Assembly: GCA_963740835.1 (NCBI GenBank)
Contig: CAVUFH010000003.1
Span: 644,588-708,587 of the forward strand
Length of the DNA: 64,000 nt
Direction of reading: 5' to 3'
Source of the DNA: an uncultured Actinomycetes bacterium
GTDB lineage: Bacteria > Actinomycetota > Acidimicrobiia > IMCC26256 > PALSA-610
How positions within the stretch are numbered: position 1 is the first letter of the stretch; the number at the start of each line of letters is the position of its first letter. The notes under the pieces were generated by a model. The model was given only the letters and a program-made list of their open reading frames with translations, made no database searches and was not told the DNA's origin. Shown in pieces: positions 9,517-19,022 of the stretch. The position numbers and the translations under genes are program-made.

Positions 9517-11361
9517 ATGGCCGACACGTATCCCGCCATCGCCGACCACGGCCTGATCGGCGACCTCCAGACCTGCGCGCTCGTCACCACTGGAGGCGCG
9601 ATCGACTGGTTCTGCGCCCCTCGCTTCGACTCCCCGAGCATCTTCGGATCGCTGCTCGACCAGCAGAAGGGCGGCCAGTTCTCCATCACCCCGGCCGGCA
9701 CCGACTACACGACGAAGCAGCTCTACTTCCCCGACACCGGGGTGCTCATCACCCGGTTCATGGCCGAATGCGGGGTGGCCGAGATCCACGACTTCATGCC
9801 GATCGAGAACCCCGGGCAGCCCTCGGAGCGGCACCGCATCGTGCGCATGGTGAAGGTGCCCCGCGGCGAGGTGCAGCTCACGATGGAGGTGGCACCGCGC
9901 TTCGACTACGGGCGGGCCGCGCACACGCTCGAATCGACCGAGCACGGCGCGGTGTTCACGAGCGGCAAGACGACGCTCACGCTGCACTCGACGGTGCCGC
10001 TGGGGACGCGCGAGAACGACGTCGTCGGCGAGTTCACACTGCGGACGGGTGACGTCGGTGGCTTCATCCTCGAGTCCGCGTCGGGGACTCTTCCGCGACA
10101 CGTCGACGCGGAAGAGCTCGACGGCTGCTTCGTTTCCACGGTCGCCGCGTGGCGCGGCTGGCTCGCGGGCTCGACCTATCACGGCCGCTGGCGCGACATG
10201 GTGAACCGCGCCGCGATCACGTTGAAGCTGCTCACCTACGCGCCGACCGGCGCGCCCGTCGCCGCCGCGACAACCGGCCTGCCCGAGCAAGTGGGCGGTG
10301 AGCGCAACTGGGACTACCGCTACACGTGGTTGCGCGACGCGTCGTTCACGGTGCAGGCGCTCGACCGGCTCGGGTTCAAATACGACGCGATCGCCTTCCT
10401 GACCTGGCTGCGCGACCGCGTCGAGAAGACGAAGATGGACGAGAACGGTCCGCTGCGGATCATGTACCGCGTCGATGGCACCGAGGATCTCGAGGAGTAC
10501 TCCCTCGACAACTTCGAGGGCTACATGGGTTCGTCGCCCGTCCGCATCGGCAACGGCGCGTCGTCGCAGCTCCAGCTGGACACGTACGGCGAGATGATGG
10601 ACGCGATCTGGCATGCCGAGCGCGAGCAGGCCGCGATCGGGCAGCGGGGTTGGAAGGACCTCAGCGGCATGATCGACTGGCTCTGCGACAACTGGGACCA
10701 GCCCGAGGAAGGGATCTGGGAGACGCGCGGCGGTCGCCAGCCGTTCGTGTACGGCCGGATGATGTGCTGGGTCGCGCTCGACCGCGCCATCCGCATGGCC
10801 ACCCAGACCGGTGCGCGTCCCGCGCCGCTCGAGAGGTGGACGAAGGTGCGCGACCAGATCAACGAGCAGATCGTCGCGCAAGGTTGGAACGAAGAGATCA
10901 AGGGGTTGGTGCAGCACTACGGGAGCGACGTGCTCGACGCGTCGGTGCTCGCGGCGCTGCGGCTGCACTATCTCGTGCCGACCGACGCGATCTGGCTCGG
11001 AACGCTCGCCGCGATCGAGGACAAGCTCGTGTCCGACAGCCTGGTGTACCGGTACAACCCGGAAGCGTCGCCCGACGGTTTGCAGGGCTCCGAGGGCACG
11101 TTCTCGATGTGCACGTTCTGGTACGTCGACGCGTTGACGCGCACCGGCCGGCTCGACGACGCGCGCCTGGTGTTCGAGAAGATGCTGACGTACGCGAACC
11201 ACCTCGGCTTGTACGGCGAGGAGCTCGCGCAGACCGGCGAGCAACTCGGCAACTTCCCGCAGGCGTTCACGCACTTGTCGCTCATCACCGCCGCGGTCGA
11301 TCTCGACGCGGCGTTGAACCGGCGCGCCGCCGCGGGTCACGCGGCGCAGGCGACGACGTAG
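9517..11361 (+). CDS. Glycoside hydrolase family 15 protein (glucoamylase/trehalase-like)
   Basis: 614 aa. N-terminal beta-sandwich plus (alpha/alpha)6 catalytic domain motifs (GLPEQVGGERNWDYRYTWLRDASF, TFWYVDAL, GLYGEEL). Confidence 0.85.
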   Translation: MADTYPAIADHGLIGDLQTCALVTTGGAIDWFCAPRFDSPSIFGSLLDQQKGGQFSITPAGTDYTTKQLYFPDTGVLITRFMAECGVAEIHDFMPIENPGQPSERHRIVRMVKVPRGEVQLTMEVAPRFDYGRAAHTLESTEHGAVFTSGKTTLTLHSTVPLGTRENDVVGEFTLRTGDVGGFILESASGTLPRHVDAEELDGCFVSTVAAWRGWLAGSTYHGRWRDMVNRAAITLKLLTYAPTGAPVAAATTGLPEQVGGERNWDYRYTWLRDASFTVQALDRLGFKYDAIAFLTWLRDRVEKTKMDENGPLRIMYRVDGTEDLEEYSLDNFEGYMGSSPVRIGNGASSQLQLDTYGEMMDAIWHAEREQAAIGQRGWKDLSGMIDWLCDNWDQPEEGIWETRGGRQPFVYGRMMCWVALDRAIRMATQTGARPAPLERWTKVRDQINEQIVAQGWNEEIKGLVQHYGSDVLDASVLAALRLHYLVPTDAIWLGTLAAIEDKLVSDSLVYRYNPEASPDGLQGSEGTFSMCTFWYVDALTRTGRLDDARLVFEKMLTYANHLGLYGEELAQTGEQLGNFPQAFTHLSLITAAVDLDAALNRRAAAGHAAQATT

Positions 11362-11370
11362 CCGCCGGCT

Positions 11371-12804
11371 GTGGGCGCTCGTCTTCGTCGTCACATCGGG
11401 CCGGGTCGCGGCGTCCCCGACGCGCCGCCCGGCGCGCGCCATCGGGTCGTGATCGTCGGTGGCGGCTTCGGCGGCCTGCCGGCGAGCCGGCTGCTCTCGG
11501 ACATGCCGGTTGACGTCACGCTCGTCGACCGGCGCAACCACCACCTCTTCCAGCCGCTGCTCTACCAGGTCGCGACGGGGCTGCTCTCTCCCGGCCAGAT
11601 CGCGCCGCCCCTTCGCCACATCCTGCGCAAGGCAAAGAACGTGCGCGTCGAGCTGGCGGAAGTGACGGGCTTCGATCTCGAACGGCGGGTCGTGCACGTG
11701 TCGCGCATGCCAGGCGAGGCCATTGAGATCCCTTACGACAGCCTCATCGTCGCCGGCGGCTCGGGGCAGTCGTACTTCGGTCACGACGAGTTCGCGCTCT
11801 ACGCGCCGGGCATGAAGACGATCGACGACGCACTCGAGCTCCGGCGCCGGCTACTCGGCGCGTTCGAGCTGGCCGAGACCGCGACCGACGAGGAGGAGCG
11901 CCGGCAGTGGTTGACGATCGCGCTCGTCGGCGCGGGGCCGACCGGTGTCGAGCTCGCGGGTCAGATCCGGGAGCTCGCAGCGCGTTCGCTGCGCTCCGAC
12001 TTCCGCACGTTCGAGCCCGAGACGGTGCGCGTCGTGCTGCTCGACGGTGGCAAGGAGCCGCTCGCGACGTTCGGGGACGACTTGTCGGCGAAGGCCGCAA
12101 AGGAGCTCGAGGGGCTCGGCGTCGAGCTGCGGATGGGCGCCCGCGTCACCAACGTCGACGCCTTCGGCGTCGATGTGCAGACCGACGCGGGAAACGAACG
12201 CATCGCGGCGCGCACGGTGGTGTGGGCCGCGGGTGTGCAGGCGTCACCGCTGGCCGCGATGCTCGCCGAGCAGACCGGCGCCGAAGTCGACCGGGCCGGT
12301 CGCATCGCGACGCTTCCCGACCTCACCCTTCCCGGGCATCCCGAGGTGTTCGCCGTCGGCGACATGGTGACGCTCGAGCATCTCCCCGGCGTCGCCGAAG
12401 TCGCGATGCAGGGCAGTCTCCACTCCGCGAACACGATCCTGCGCCGCTTGAAGGGCGAGCAGGATGCGCTGCCGTTCAAGTACCGGGACCTCGGCAGCGT
12501 CGCGGCCATCGGTCGGTTCCGCGCGATCTGCAGTGTCGGAAAGCTGCGCCTCAGCGGCTTCGCGGGTTGGGTCGTGTGGATGTTCGTCCACCTCGCGTTC
12601 TTGACCGGCTGGGGCAACCGCTTCACGACGATGCTCCGCTGGCTCCGCTGGCTCGTCGGTCGCAACCGCACCGAACGCGTGTTCAGCGTCGCGCACACGG
12701 GCGGCGACCTGAGCACGCCGGCCGAGGTGCGGGCGATCATCGAGCCGAACCAGTATCCGGGGCTCGACGCGGCCGGCGCGGAACCTCCCGGGCCGCCCGG
12801 CTGA
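11371..12804 (+). CDS. ndh: Type II NADH:quinone oxidoreductase (NDH-2)
   Basis: VVIVGGGFGGL... HHLFQPLLYQVATG and a second dinucleotide fold (IALVGAGPTGVELAG) followed by FAVGDM. The exact start is uncertain (GTG at 11371 or downstream). Confidence 0.85.
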   Translation: MGARLRRHIGPGRGVPDAPPGARHRVVIVGGGFGGLPASRLLSDMPVDVTLVDRRNHHLFQPLLYQVATGLLSPGQIAPPLRHILRKAKNVRVELAEVTGFDLERRVVHVSRMPGEAIEIPYDSLIVAGGSGQSYFGHDEFALYAPGMKTIDDALELRRRLLGAFELAETATDEEERRQWLTIALVGAGPTGVELAGQIRELAARSLRSDFRTFEPETVRVVLLDGGKEPLATFGDDLSAKAAKELEGLGVELRMGARVTNVDAFGVDVQTDAGNERIAARTVVWAAGVQASPLAAMLAEQTGAEVDRAGRIATLPDLTLPGHPEVFAVGDMVTLEHLPGVAEVAMQGSLHSANTILRRLKGEQDALPFKYRDLGSVAAIGRFRAICSVGKLRLSGFAGWVVWMFVHLAFLTGWGNRFTTMLRWLRWLVGRNRTERVFSVAHTGGDLSTPAEVRAIIEPNQYPGLDAAGAEPPGPPG

Positions 12805-12814
12805 GTCGGCCGGC

Positions 12815-12868
12815 GACTGCCGGATCGTTCACCCTGCATGGATCGTTCACCCTGCATGGATCGTTCAC
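12815..12868. repeat. 18-bp direct tandem repeat x3 (GATCGTTCACCCTGCATG, third copy has 1 mismatch), intergenic
   Basis: Read directly from the sequence. It lies between the ndh stop and the probable start of the next gene. It creates the spurious MDRSPC-MDRSPS N-terminus in the ORF track. Confidence 0.8.
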
Positions 12869-12915
12869 CCAGCATGGATGATGTGCGTTCGGCACCCACT
12901 CACGAGAATGGCGCG

Positions 12916-14967
12916 ATGCCCAAACACCGCAGTCACTCCCTCCACGGGCGCGCCGACCAGGCCGGACTCCTCGTCGCGGCGTTGAACGCACCCCTGTCGT
13001 TCCAACGCACGCTGATGCCGCGTGCGACGACGGACCAGGCGCTCGTCACCGGCCTGACCGCGTCGATGAACCATGCGATCGTTTCCCTGGTGCAAGAGAC
13101 GGTGCAGGCCGCCGCGCTCGCGGTTGCCGGGCAGGCGCGGCGGGCGAACGTCGACGAAGCGAGTTGGGGCCGCACCGTGCTCGGTGCCGACGTGCTGGCG
13201 ATCGGGGCCGGGCTCGCGTTGCAGCGTGCCTTCCGGCAGCACCATCGCGAGGTGCTGCCACACGCGGGTGCGCGCACGGGAGGCTTCGTCCTGGCGACGA
13301 CCGGAACGGCCGCGCTCCTCGCCGGGGTCCTGCAGGAGGCGTTCGCGGCCGGGGCGCGCGCCGGGGGCGCACGCTCGCGATCGTCGCGCCCGTCGCCGGC
13401 GCGCTCACTGCGGCGAACACGTGGGTGGTACGTCGTCGCGCGCGTACGGATGCGGACCTTCCGCCCGAGGACGTGCAAGCGTCGCTGGCCAAGTCGCTCG
13501 CATACGGCGCCGCGATCGCGGGTGGGCTCACTGCCTTCGGTGCTGTCGAGCGCAAGTTCGCCGACGTGCTCTCGAGCGCGGTGGCGCGCGTCCTCCCTGG
13601 CAACGACGAGGTCTGGCGCCCGCTCGCACATGCCGTGTCACTCGCCGCGTTCGGTGCGCTCACGCGCGTCGTCATGCAGCAGGCATTCCATCGCATCGAG
13701 AACGTGCAGGAATCGGTGGAGGCGGCATTCGACATCGCGCCGCCATCGGAGCTCGTCAGCGGGAGCTACGAGAGCAACGTCCCGTTCGCGACGTTGTCGC
13801 GCGGGTCGCCGGTTCGTGTGGATGACGACAGCTGAACGCGTGATCGAAGAAGTGATGGAGCAGCCCGCGGCCGCGCAGCCCATCCGTGCGTACGTGGGGT
13901 TGGAGAGCGCGGCGACCGAGGAAGCGCGCGTCGACCTCGCGTTGCAGGAGCTCGAGCGCACGGGCGCGTTCGACCGGAGCTGGTTGATGGTCGCGTCGCC
14001 GACCGGCACCGGCTACGTCAACTACGCCGCCGCATCGATCCTCGAATTCCTCTCGCGTGGCGATTGCGCGACGGTTGCGATGCAGTACTCGGCCCGGCCG
14101 TCACCGCTGTCGTTGGACCGTGTCGCCGAAGGGCGCGATCACGCGCGCTTGCTCTTCGCCGCGCTGCGCGACCGATTGGCGAAGTGTCCCGAAGGCAAGC
14201 GGCCGAAGCTCGTGCTCTTCGGCGAGAGCCTTGGTGCGTGGACGAGTCAGGATGCATTCGTGGATCGCGGCACCCAGGGCCTCGTCGAGGACGGGATCGA
14301 CTACGCGATCTGGATCGGGACGCCGCATTTCAGCAAGTGGAAGGAGCAGGTGCTCTTCGACGACCAGCCGAACATCGACCGGAGCCTCATCGGGGTGTGC
14401 AACGACATCGGCGAGTGGGAGGCGCTCCACGCGGAGGCGCGCGCACGCATCCGGTACATGATGATCACGCACAACGATGACGGTGTGGCCGTGTTCGGGC
14501 CCGAGCTCGCGGTGCAGGCGCCGGAGTGGCTCGGAGCCCCCGAGACGCGGCCGGCTTCCGTCCCGAGGGGCATGCGCTGGGTCCCGACCACCACCTTCTT
14601 CCAGGTGCTCGTCGACATGAAGAACGCCGCGAACGTCGTGCCCGGAGTGTTCGCCGCTCGCGGCCACGACTACCGCGCGGATCTGCTCCCCTTTTTCAGT
14701 CGCGTGCTCGGCTTCGATACGTCACCCGAACAGGTGGAGCGGGTCGGGAAGTGGCTCGAAGGGCGGGAGCTGTTGCGTACACAGTGGATGAAGTCTCACG
14801 GCTCGGTCGAGCGCAGCCTGGCGGCCAGTGTGCTCGAGCGACTCATCCAGGAACAGCGGGCGGCCGGCCAAGACACCAATGAACGGCTGATCGAGCTCGT
14901 GCGCACCATCGCGTTCGAGGAGTTCGGCGCAGGTACGGGCGCCACCGGAGGAGGAACGAATCCTTGA
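12916..14967 (+). CDS. Alpha/beta-hydrolase family membrane protein (Abhydrolase_9_N + Abhydrolase_9 architecture). The reading frame is interrupted twice
   Basis: The C-terminal catalytic domain carries GESLGAW (GxSxG). The N-terminal polytopic membrane domain is split across frames. Frame +1 runs 12916 to about 13365, frame +3 runs about 13366-13835, and frame +1 resumes from about 13820. The junctions sit at GGGGG (13363-13367) and near 13815-13830. Confidence 0.6.
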   Translation: MPKHRSHSLHGRADQAGLLVAALNAPLSFQRTLMPRATTDQALVTGLTASMNHAIVSLVQETVQAAALAVAGQARRANVDEASWGRTVLGADVLAIGAGLALQRAFRQHHREVLPHAGARTGGFVLATTGTAALLAGVLQEAFAAGARAGGARSRSSRPSPARSLRRTRGWYVVARVRMRTFRPRTCKRRWPSRSHTAPRSRVGSLPSVLSSASSPTCSRARWRASSLATTRSGARSHMPCHSPRSVRSRASSCSRHSIASRTCRNRWRRHSTSRRHRSSSAGATRATSRSRRCRAGRRFVWMTTAERVIEEVMEQPAAAQPIRAYVGLESAATEEARVDLALQELERTGAFDRSWLMVASPTGTGYVNYAAASILEFLSRGDCATVAMQYSARPSPLSLDRVAEGRDHARLLFAALRDRLAKCPEGKRPKLVLFGESLGAWTSQDAFVDRGTQGLVEDGIDYAIWIGTPHFSKWKEQVLFDDQPNIDRSLIGVCNDIGEWEALHAEARARIRYMMITHNDDGVAVFGPELAVQAPEWLGAPETRPASVPRGMRWVPTTTFFQVLVDMKNAANVVPGVFAARGHDYRADLLPFFSRVLGFDTSPEQVERVGKWLEGRELLRTQWMKSHGSVERSLAASVLERLIQEQRAAGQDTNERLIELVRTIAFEEFGAGTGATGGGTNP

Positions 14968-15836
14968 CCGACGACCTGAAGGCTCCCCGCACGCGCTGGG
15001 TCGCGCTGCTCGCGCTCGCGGTTGCCCTGACGCTCACTACGGCCGCGTGCGGTGGCGACGACGACGACAGCAGCAGTTCCGGGTCGAATCCCGGTGAGGT
15101 CGAGACGACGCCTGCCTCCGCGAGCGACCTCTCCAGTCAGCACTGGCAGTTGAAGTCCTTCGTCGTCGGGTCCGGGGGCACGCTCTCGATCGGGTCCGAA
15201 GCCTCACCCGCGACCGCCGCGTTCGACGCCGGAACGACCACCGGGTCGACCGGGTGCAACAACTACACGGTCACGTACGAGCTCGGGAGCAACGGCGCGA
15301 TCAAGTTCGGGCCGGTTGCCGCTACGAAGGCGCTGTGCCCGGGCGATCTCAACGAGCAGGAGCAAGGCCTCATCAACGGGTACGGCGCGGCGCGCCGGGC
15401 CGTGATCAACGACGGCGCGCTCCAGCTGCTCGGCGCCGGCGGTAACCCGCTGCTGATCTTCTCGCCCGTGAAGGGCCAGGAGCTCGAAGGCGTCGACTGG
15501 CGGTTGATCAACTTCCGCACCCCCACGGCGGTGACCTCGTCGATCGCCGGTGCCGATGTGACCGCCACGTTCGCCGACGGCAAGGTCTCGGGCAACGCCG
15601 GCTGCAACAACTACTCCGCGACCTACACCGGTGGGAACGATACGAGCGGTCCGTTGACGATCGGCGCGATCGCGCTCCAGCAGAAGGCCTGCACTTCGCC
15701 CGAAGGCGTCATGCAACAGGAGCAGGGCTACGCCGCCGCACTCGCGACCGTCGTGAAGTTCGAAACCCTCGGCAACAAGCTCACGCTGTTGAACGCGCAA
15801 GGCCAGGACGCCGCCACCTACCAAGCCGAAGGCTGA
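14964..15836 (+). CDS. Lipoprotein with two tandem META (HslJ-like) domains
   Basis: TTG start after GGAGGA. The signal peptide plus lipobox reads LTLTTAAC. Two repeated modules each hold the GCNNY(T/S) motif characteristic of META/DUF306 domains. Confidence 0.7.
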   Translation: MTDDLKAPRTRWVALLALAVALTLTTAACGGDDDDSSSSGSNPGEVETTPASASDLSSQHWQLKSFVVGSGGTLSIGSEASPATAAFDAGTTTGSTGCNNYTVTYELGSNGAIKFGPVAATKALCPGDLNEQEQGLINGYGAARRAVINDGALQLLGAGGNPLLIFSPVKGQELEGVDWRLINFRTPTAVTSSIAGADVTATFADGKVSGNAGCNNYSATYTGGNDTSGPLTIGAIALQQKACTSPEGVMQQEQGYAAALATVVKFETLGNKLTLLNAQGQDAATYQAEG

Positions 15837-15855
15837 ACGCGATCGCGCCCGCGGT

Positions 15856-16500
15856 GTGACGGAACCTGCTTACCTGCGCGCGACTCGCGTGGCGTACGAC
15901 ACGGTCGCGGTCGACTACGCCGCGCAGCTGCGCGCCGAGCTCGACAGCAAGCCGTTGGACCGCGCGGTGCTCGACGCGTTCGCGGAGCTCGTACGGGCAT
16001 CCGGCGGCGGGTTGGTCGCGGATCTCGGATGTGGCCCCGGTCGCGTGACGGCGTACCTGTGTTCGCGCGGCTTGACGGCGTTCGGTGTCGACCTCTCGCC
16101 GGCGATGGTGGCGGAGGCGCGGCGCGCGCACCCGGACCTTCGCTTCGAAGTCGGATCGATGACGGCGCTCGACCGGGACGGCGGCTCGCTCGCCGGCATC
16201 GTCGCGTGGTACTCGATCATCCACACCCCGCCCGACGATCTCCCTGCGCTGTTCGCCGAGCTCGCTCGAGTGCTCGCGCCCGGCGGTTACGCCCTGGTCG
16301 CGTTTCAAGTCGGTGACGCCCGCGTGCATCTGGAGCAGGCGTACGGACACTCGGTGTCGCTCGACGCGTACCGGCACTCACCGAAGGTCGTCGCCGAGCT
16401 GCTGCGCAACGCCGGGCTGCCCGAGTGCGCGCGCCTGTTGCGCGCACCGGACGAACTCGAGAAGACCCCGCAGGCGTTCCTGATGGTGCGAAAGCCCTGA
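15856..16500 (+). CDS. Class I SAM-dependent methyltransferase
   Basis: [13 protein letters not shown] motif I followed by the acidic motif II. 214 aa. Confidence 0.8.
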   Translation: MTEPAYLRATRVAYDTVAVDYAAQLRAELDSKPLDRAVLDAFAELVRASGGGLVADLGCGPGRVTAYLCSRGLTAFGVDLSPAMVAEARRAHPDLRFEVGSMTALDRDGGSLAGIVAWYSIIHTPPDDLPALFAELARVLAPGGYALVAFQVGDARVHLEQAYGHSVSLDAYRHSPKVVAELLRNAGLPECARLLRAPDELEKTPQAFLMVRKP

Positions 16501-16502
16501 AC

Positions 16503-18930
16503 CTATGGCGACGCGGCGAGGAAGTCGTCGACGTTGAGGGTGACGGGTGCGTTCGTGGCCGCGCTCGAGACGTACGCCTCGAGCGCGGCTGATCCCGCGC
16601 GCTGCAGCGCGGCGGAGCTGTCGGTTGCGGTGACGGTCCACGTGGTCGGCTCGGTCGCGGTGGACAACCACGCGCGCGGAGATGCGGGTCGGGTTCTTGC
16701 CGGTCACGACCCCGCGCACGCGCAGGGTCGCGCCCGTCGACCAGTTCGGGATCGTGACCTCCGAAGCCAGTAGCGTCTCCGCGCCGCCCGTTCGCCGCGA
16801 GATGGAGATGGTCGTGCTCGTGGTCGTGATCCGCCGGATGCGGACCGCGTACTGGACGTTGCTCGAGACCCGCCGGACGAGCACAGAGCAGTATTGCCCG
16901 GAGCCGGTCGGGTTCTTGTTCGCGTTGAAGGTCACCCACACGTTGCCGTCGGTGAACTGCGGCGTGAGTGCAGCCGTGTAGGTAGTGCCGGCTGCGAGCG
17001 TGATGGTGCCGCGGGTGCCGCTGACGGCGTAGCCGGTCGCGGGCGTCGTCTGCCATGCGCCACCGACATCGGCGCTCGCCCAACTCGCGGGGATCGTTCG
17101 CGCGAACGCGTCCGACGCGTACGTCGTGACCGCGGGCGGCGCGGTCGTCGTCGTGGTGGAGGTCGGCGCGTCGGTGGTCGTCGTCGGCGGTTCGGTGCTC
17201 GCGGTCGTCGTCGGTGCTTCGGTCGTCGTGGGTGGCACGGTCGTCGTGGGTGGCACGGTCGTCGTGGTCGAGGTCGTCGTGGTCGTCGTCGTGGTCGGCG
17301 GCGACGAAGGGAAGGGCGGGTTCGCCGCGAGGTCGTCCACGCCGAAGGTCACCGGTGCGTTCGTGGCGCTGCTCGAGAGGTACGCCATCACGCCGATGGA
17401 ACCCGCGCCCTGCAATCCGGCGGCCGCGTCCGTGGTCGTGACGGTGAAGGACACGGGCGCCGCCGCACCCGATGTCCAGGCGCGGGCGTTGAGTTGGGTT
17501 GGCGCCGCGCCGCTGACGTCCAACTGCACGCGGATCGGTGCTCCGGGAGTCACGACGACGCCGGGGACACGCACCTCGGGCCCGATCTCGATCTCGCTGC
17601 TCGTGCCGGCCAGCTTCGTGATCGCGAGGTAGGCCGTGCTCCCCGCGAGCCGCAGCCGCGCGCGGTACTCCATGTTCGGCGCCGCGTGCCGCGCGACGAG
17701 GAACGCGCTCTCGCCGCGTCCCGTACCGGGTTTGTCGGTGGTGAAGTCGGCGAGCAGGCTCACGTCCCGCGGTGCCGCCGCCGGGAGATACGCGGCGCGG
17801 AACTGGCCTGCAGCCGAGATGATGATTGACGCACGCAAGCCGCCGACACTGAAGCTCGAGACGCCCGACTGCGGCTGCCATGCGCCTCCGACTTCCGCGC
17901 TCCCGAGTCCGACCGGCACGGACCTCGTGAACGAGTCCACTGCGATCGGTCCGTCGGGCACGGGCGGCGCGGTCGTCGTCGGGTCGGGGTTGGTGCGCAG
18001 GCCCGCGGTGCACGTGCCGGTGCCGTGATCGGTGAACGTCTTCCCGGCGACCGGGTGGAAGTCCCAGTCGTAGCCGGTCGGCGAGAGTGTCAGCGAGATC
18101 ACGCCGTATGTGTCCGCGCGCAAGACCTCGCTCGTCGGCCAGCGCGCGGTGCCGGTGGGCGGCGGTCGCAGCGGCGCACCGCCGGTGCCGACGGTGAACG
18201 CGCGCATGCCGGTCGGGTCGGGCGTTCCGATCCGGTTCATCGGCGCGAAGCGTTCGTAGTAGTGCTCGTGACCGTTCAGCACGACGTCGACGCCGCCGTC
18301 GTAGAGCGTGTTCCACGCGTCCGCGACCGACGCGACGCCGGGGGCGTACTCGCCCGAGCTGAACCGTGGGTGATGCCACATCGCCGCCGCGCACACGGTC
18401 GGATGCGCCGCGAGGTCGCTGCGTAGCCAAGTCAGCTGCTCGGAGTTGGGCGACATGTCGACGTTGCTGTTCAGCACGATGATGTGCCAGCCCGCCTGGT
18501 CGTAGCTGTACCAACCCTTGCCGCGCGGTCCTGCGGCATCTCCGAAGTAGTCGTAGTACGGGCGCCCGCTCTCGGTGACGTATTCGTGGTTGCCGGCGAC
18601 TGGACGCGTACGCGGCTTGAGGTGGCCCCACGTGGGGTCGTAGCACGATGCGTAGTCGGCGTCGGAACCGTCGGGATAGGCGTTGTCACCGAGGGTCATC
18701 ACGGTGCCGTCGATCCCGTCGAGCACCGCCGCGGTTGCCGCCGACGCGCTGCTCCCGCACACGCCGATGTCACCCGCGCCGACGAGCACATCCGGACCGG
18801 CCGCGTCCGAGCTCTCCGTCGACATCCACACGATCGCCGATACCGTCGCACAGACGAAGGCCAGCAACGCGCCGAGCAACGCGCGCCGCGACCATCCTTG
18901 CGAGTCCCACGCTCGCGACATCGGCTCCAC
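16503..18930 (-). CDS. Secreted calcineurin-like metallophosphoesterase with Thr/Pro linker and duplicated C-terminal beta-rich modules. There is a C-terminal frameshift
   Basis: Signal peptide, GDxG...GDNAY...GNHE...GHEHYYER metallophosphatase motifs, and a PTTTTTTTT... linker. The C-terminal module is repeated (…NARAWTSGAAAPVSFTVTTTDAAAG… versus …SARAWLSTATEPTTWTVTATDSSAA…). The second copy is only in-frame after a -1 shift in the CGCGCGCG run near 16671-16680. The true stop is TAG at complement 16503-16505. Confidence 0.7.
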
Positions 18931-19022
18931 CCCCGCGTGGCTGCGGCGAACCTAACGCAACGACAACCGTGTCGCCACCGCGCTTCGCTCCGCGACCCAG
19001 TTCCTGGATGACGGGAGTTGCG

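Noticed and set aside
9430-11784. Very long ORFs antisense to or overlapping annotated genes. Examples: 9430..11784 (-), 2750..4213 (-), 16217..18646 (-), 39884..42094 (+), 5783..7123 (+), 6973..8583 (+), 11961..12899 (-), 47800..49041 (-)
   Set aside because: Their translations are Arg/Ala/Gly/Pro-biased low-complexity strings with no motifs, typical of stop-codon-poor alternative frames in a ~70% GC genome. The opposite or shifted frame carries clearly recognisable enzymes in every case.
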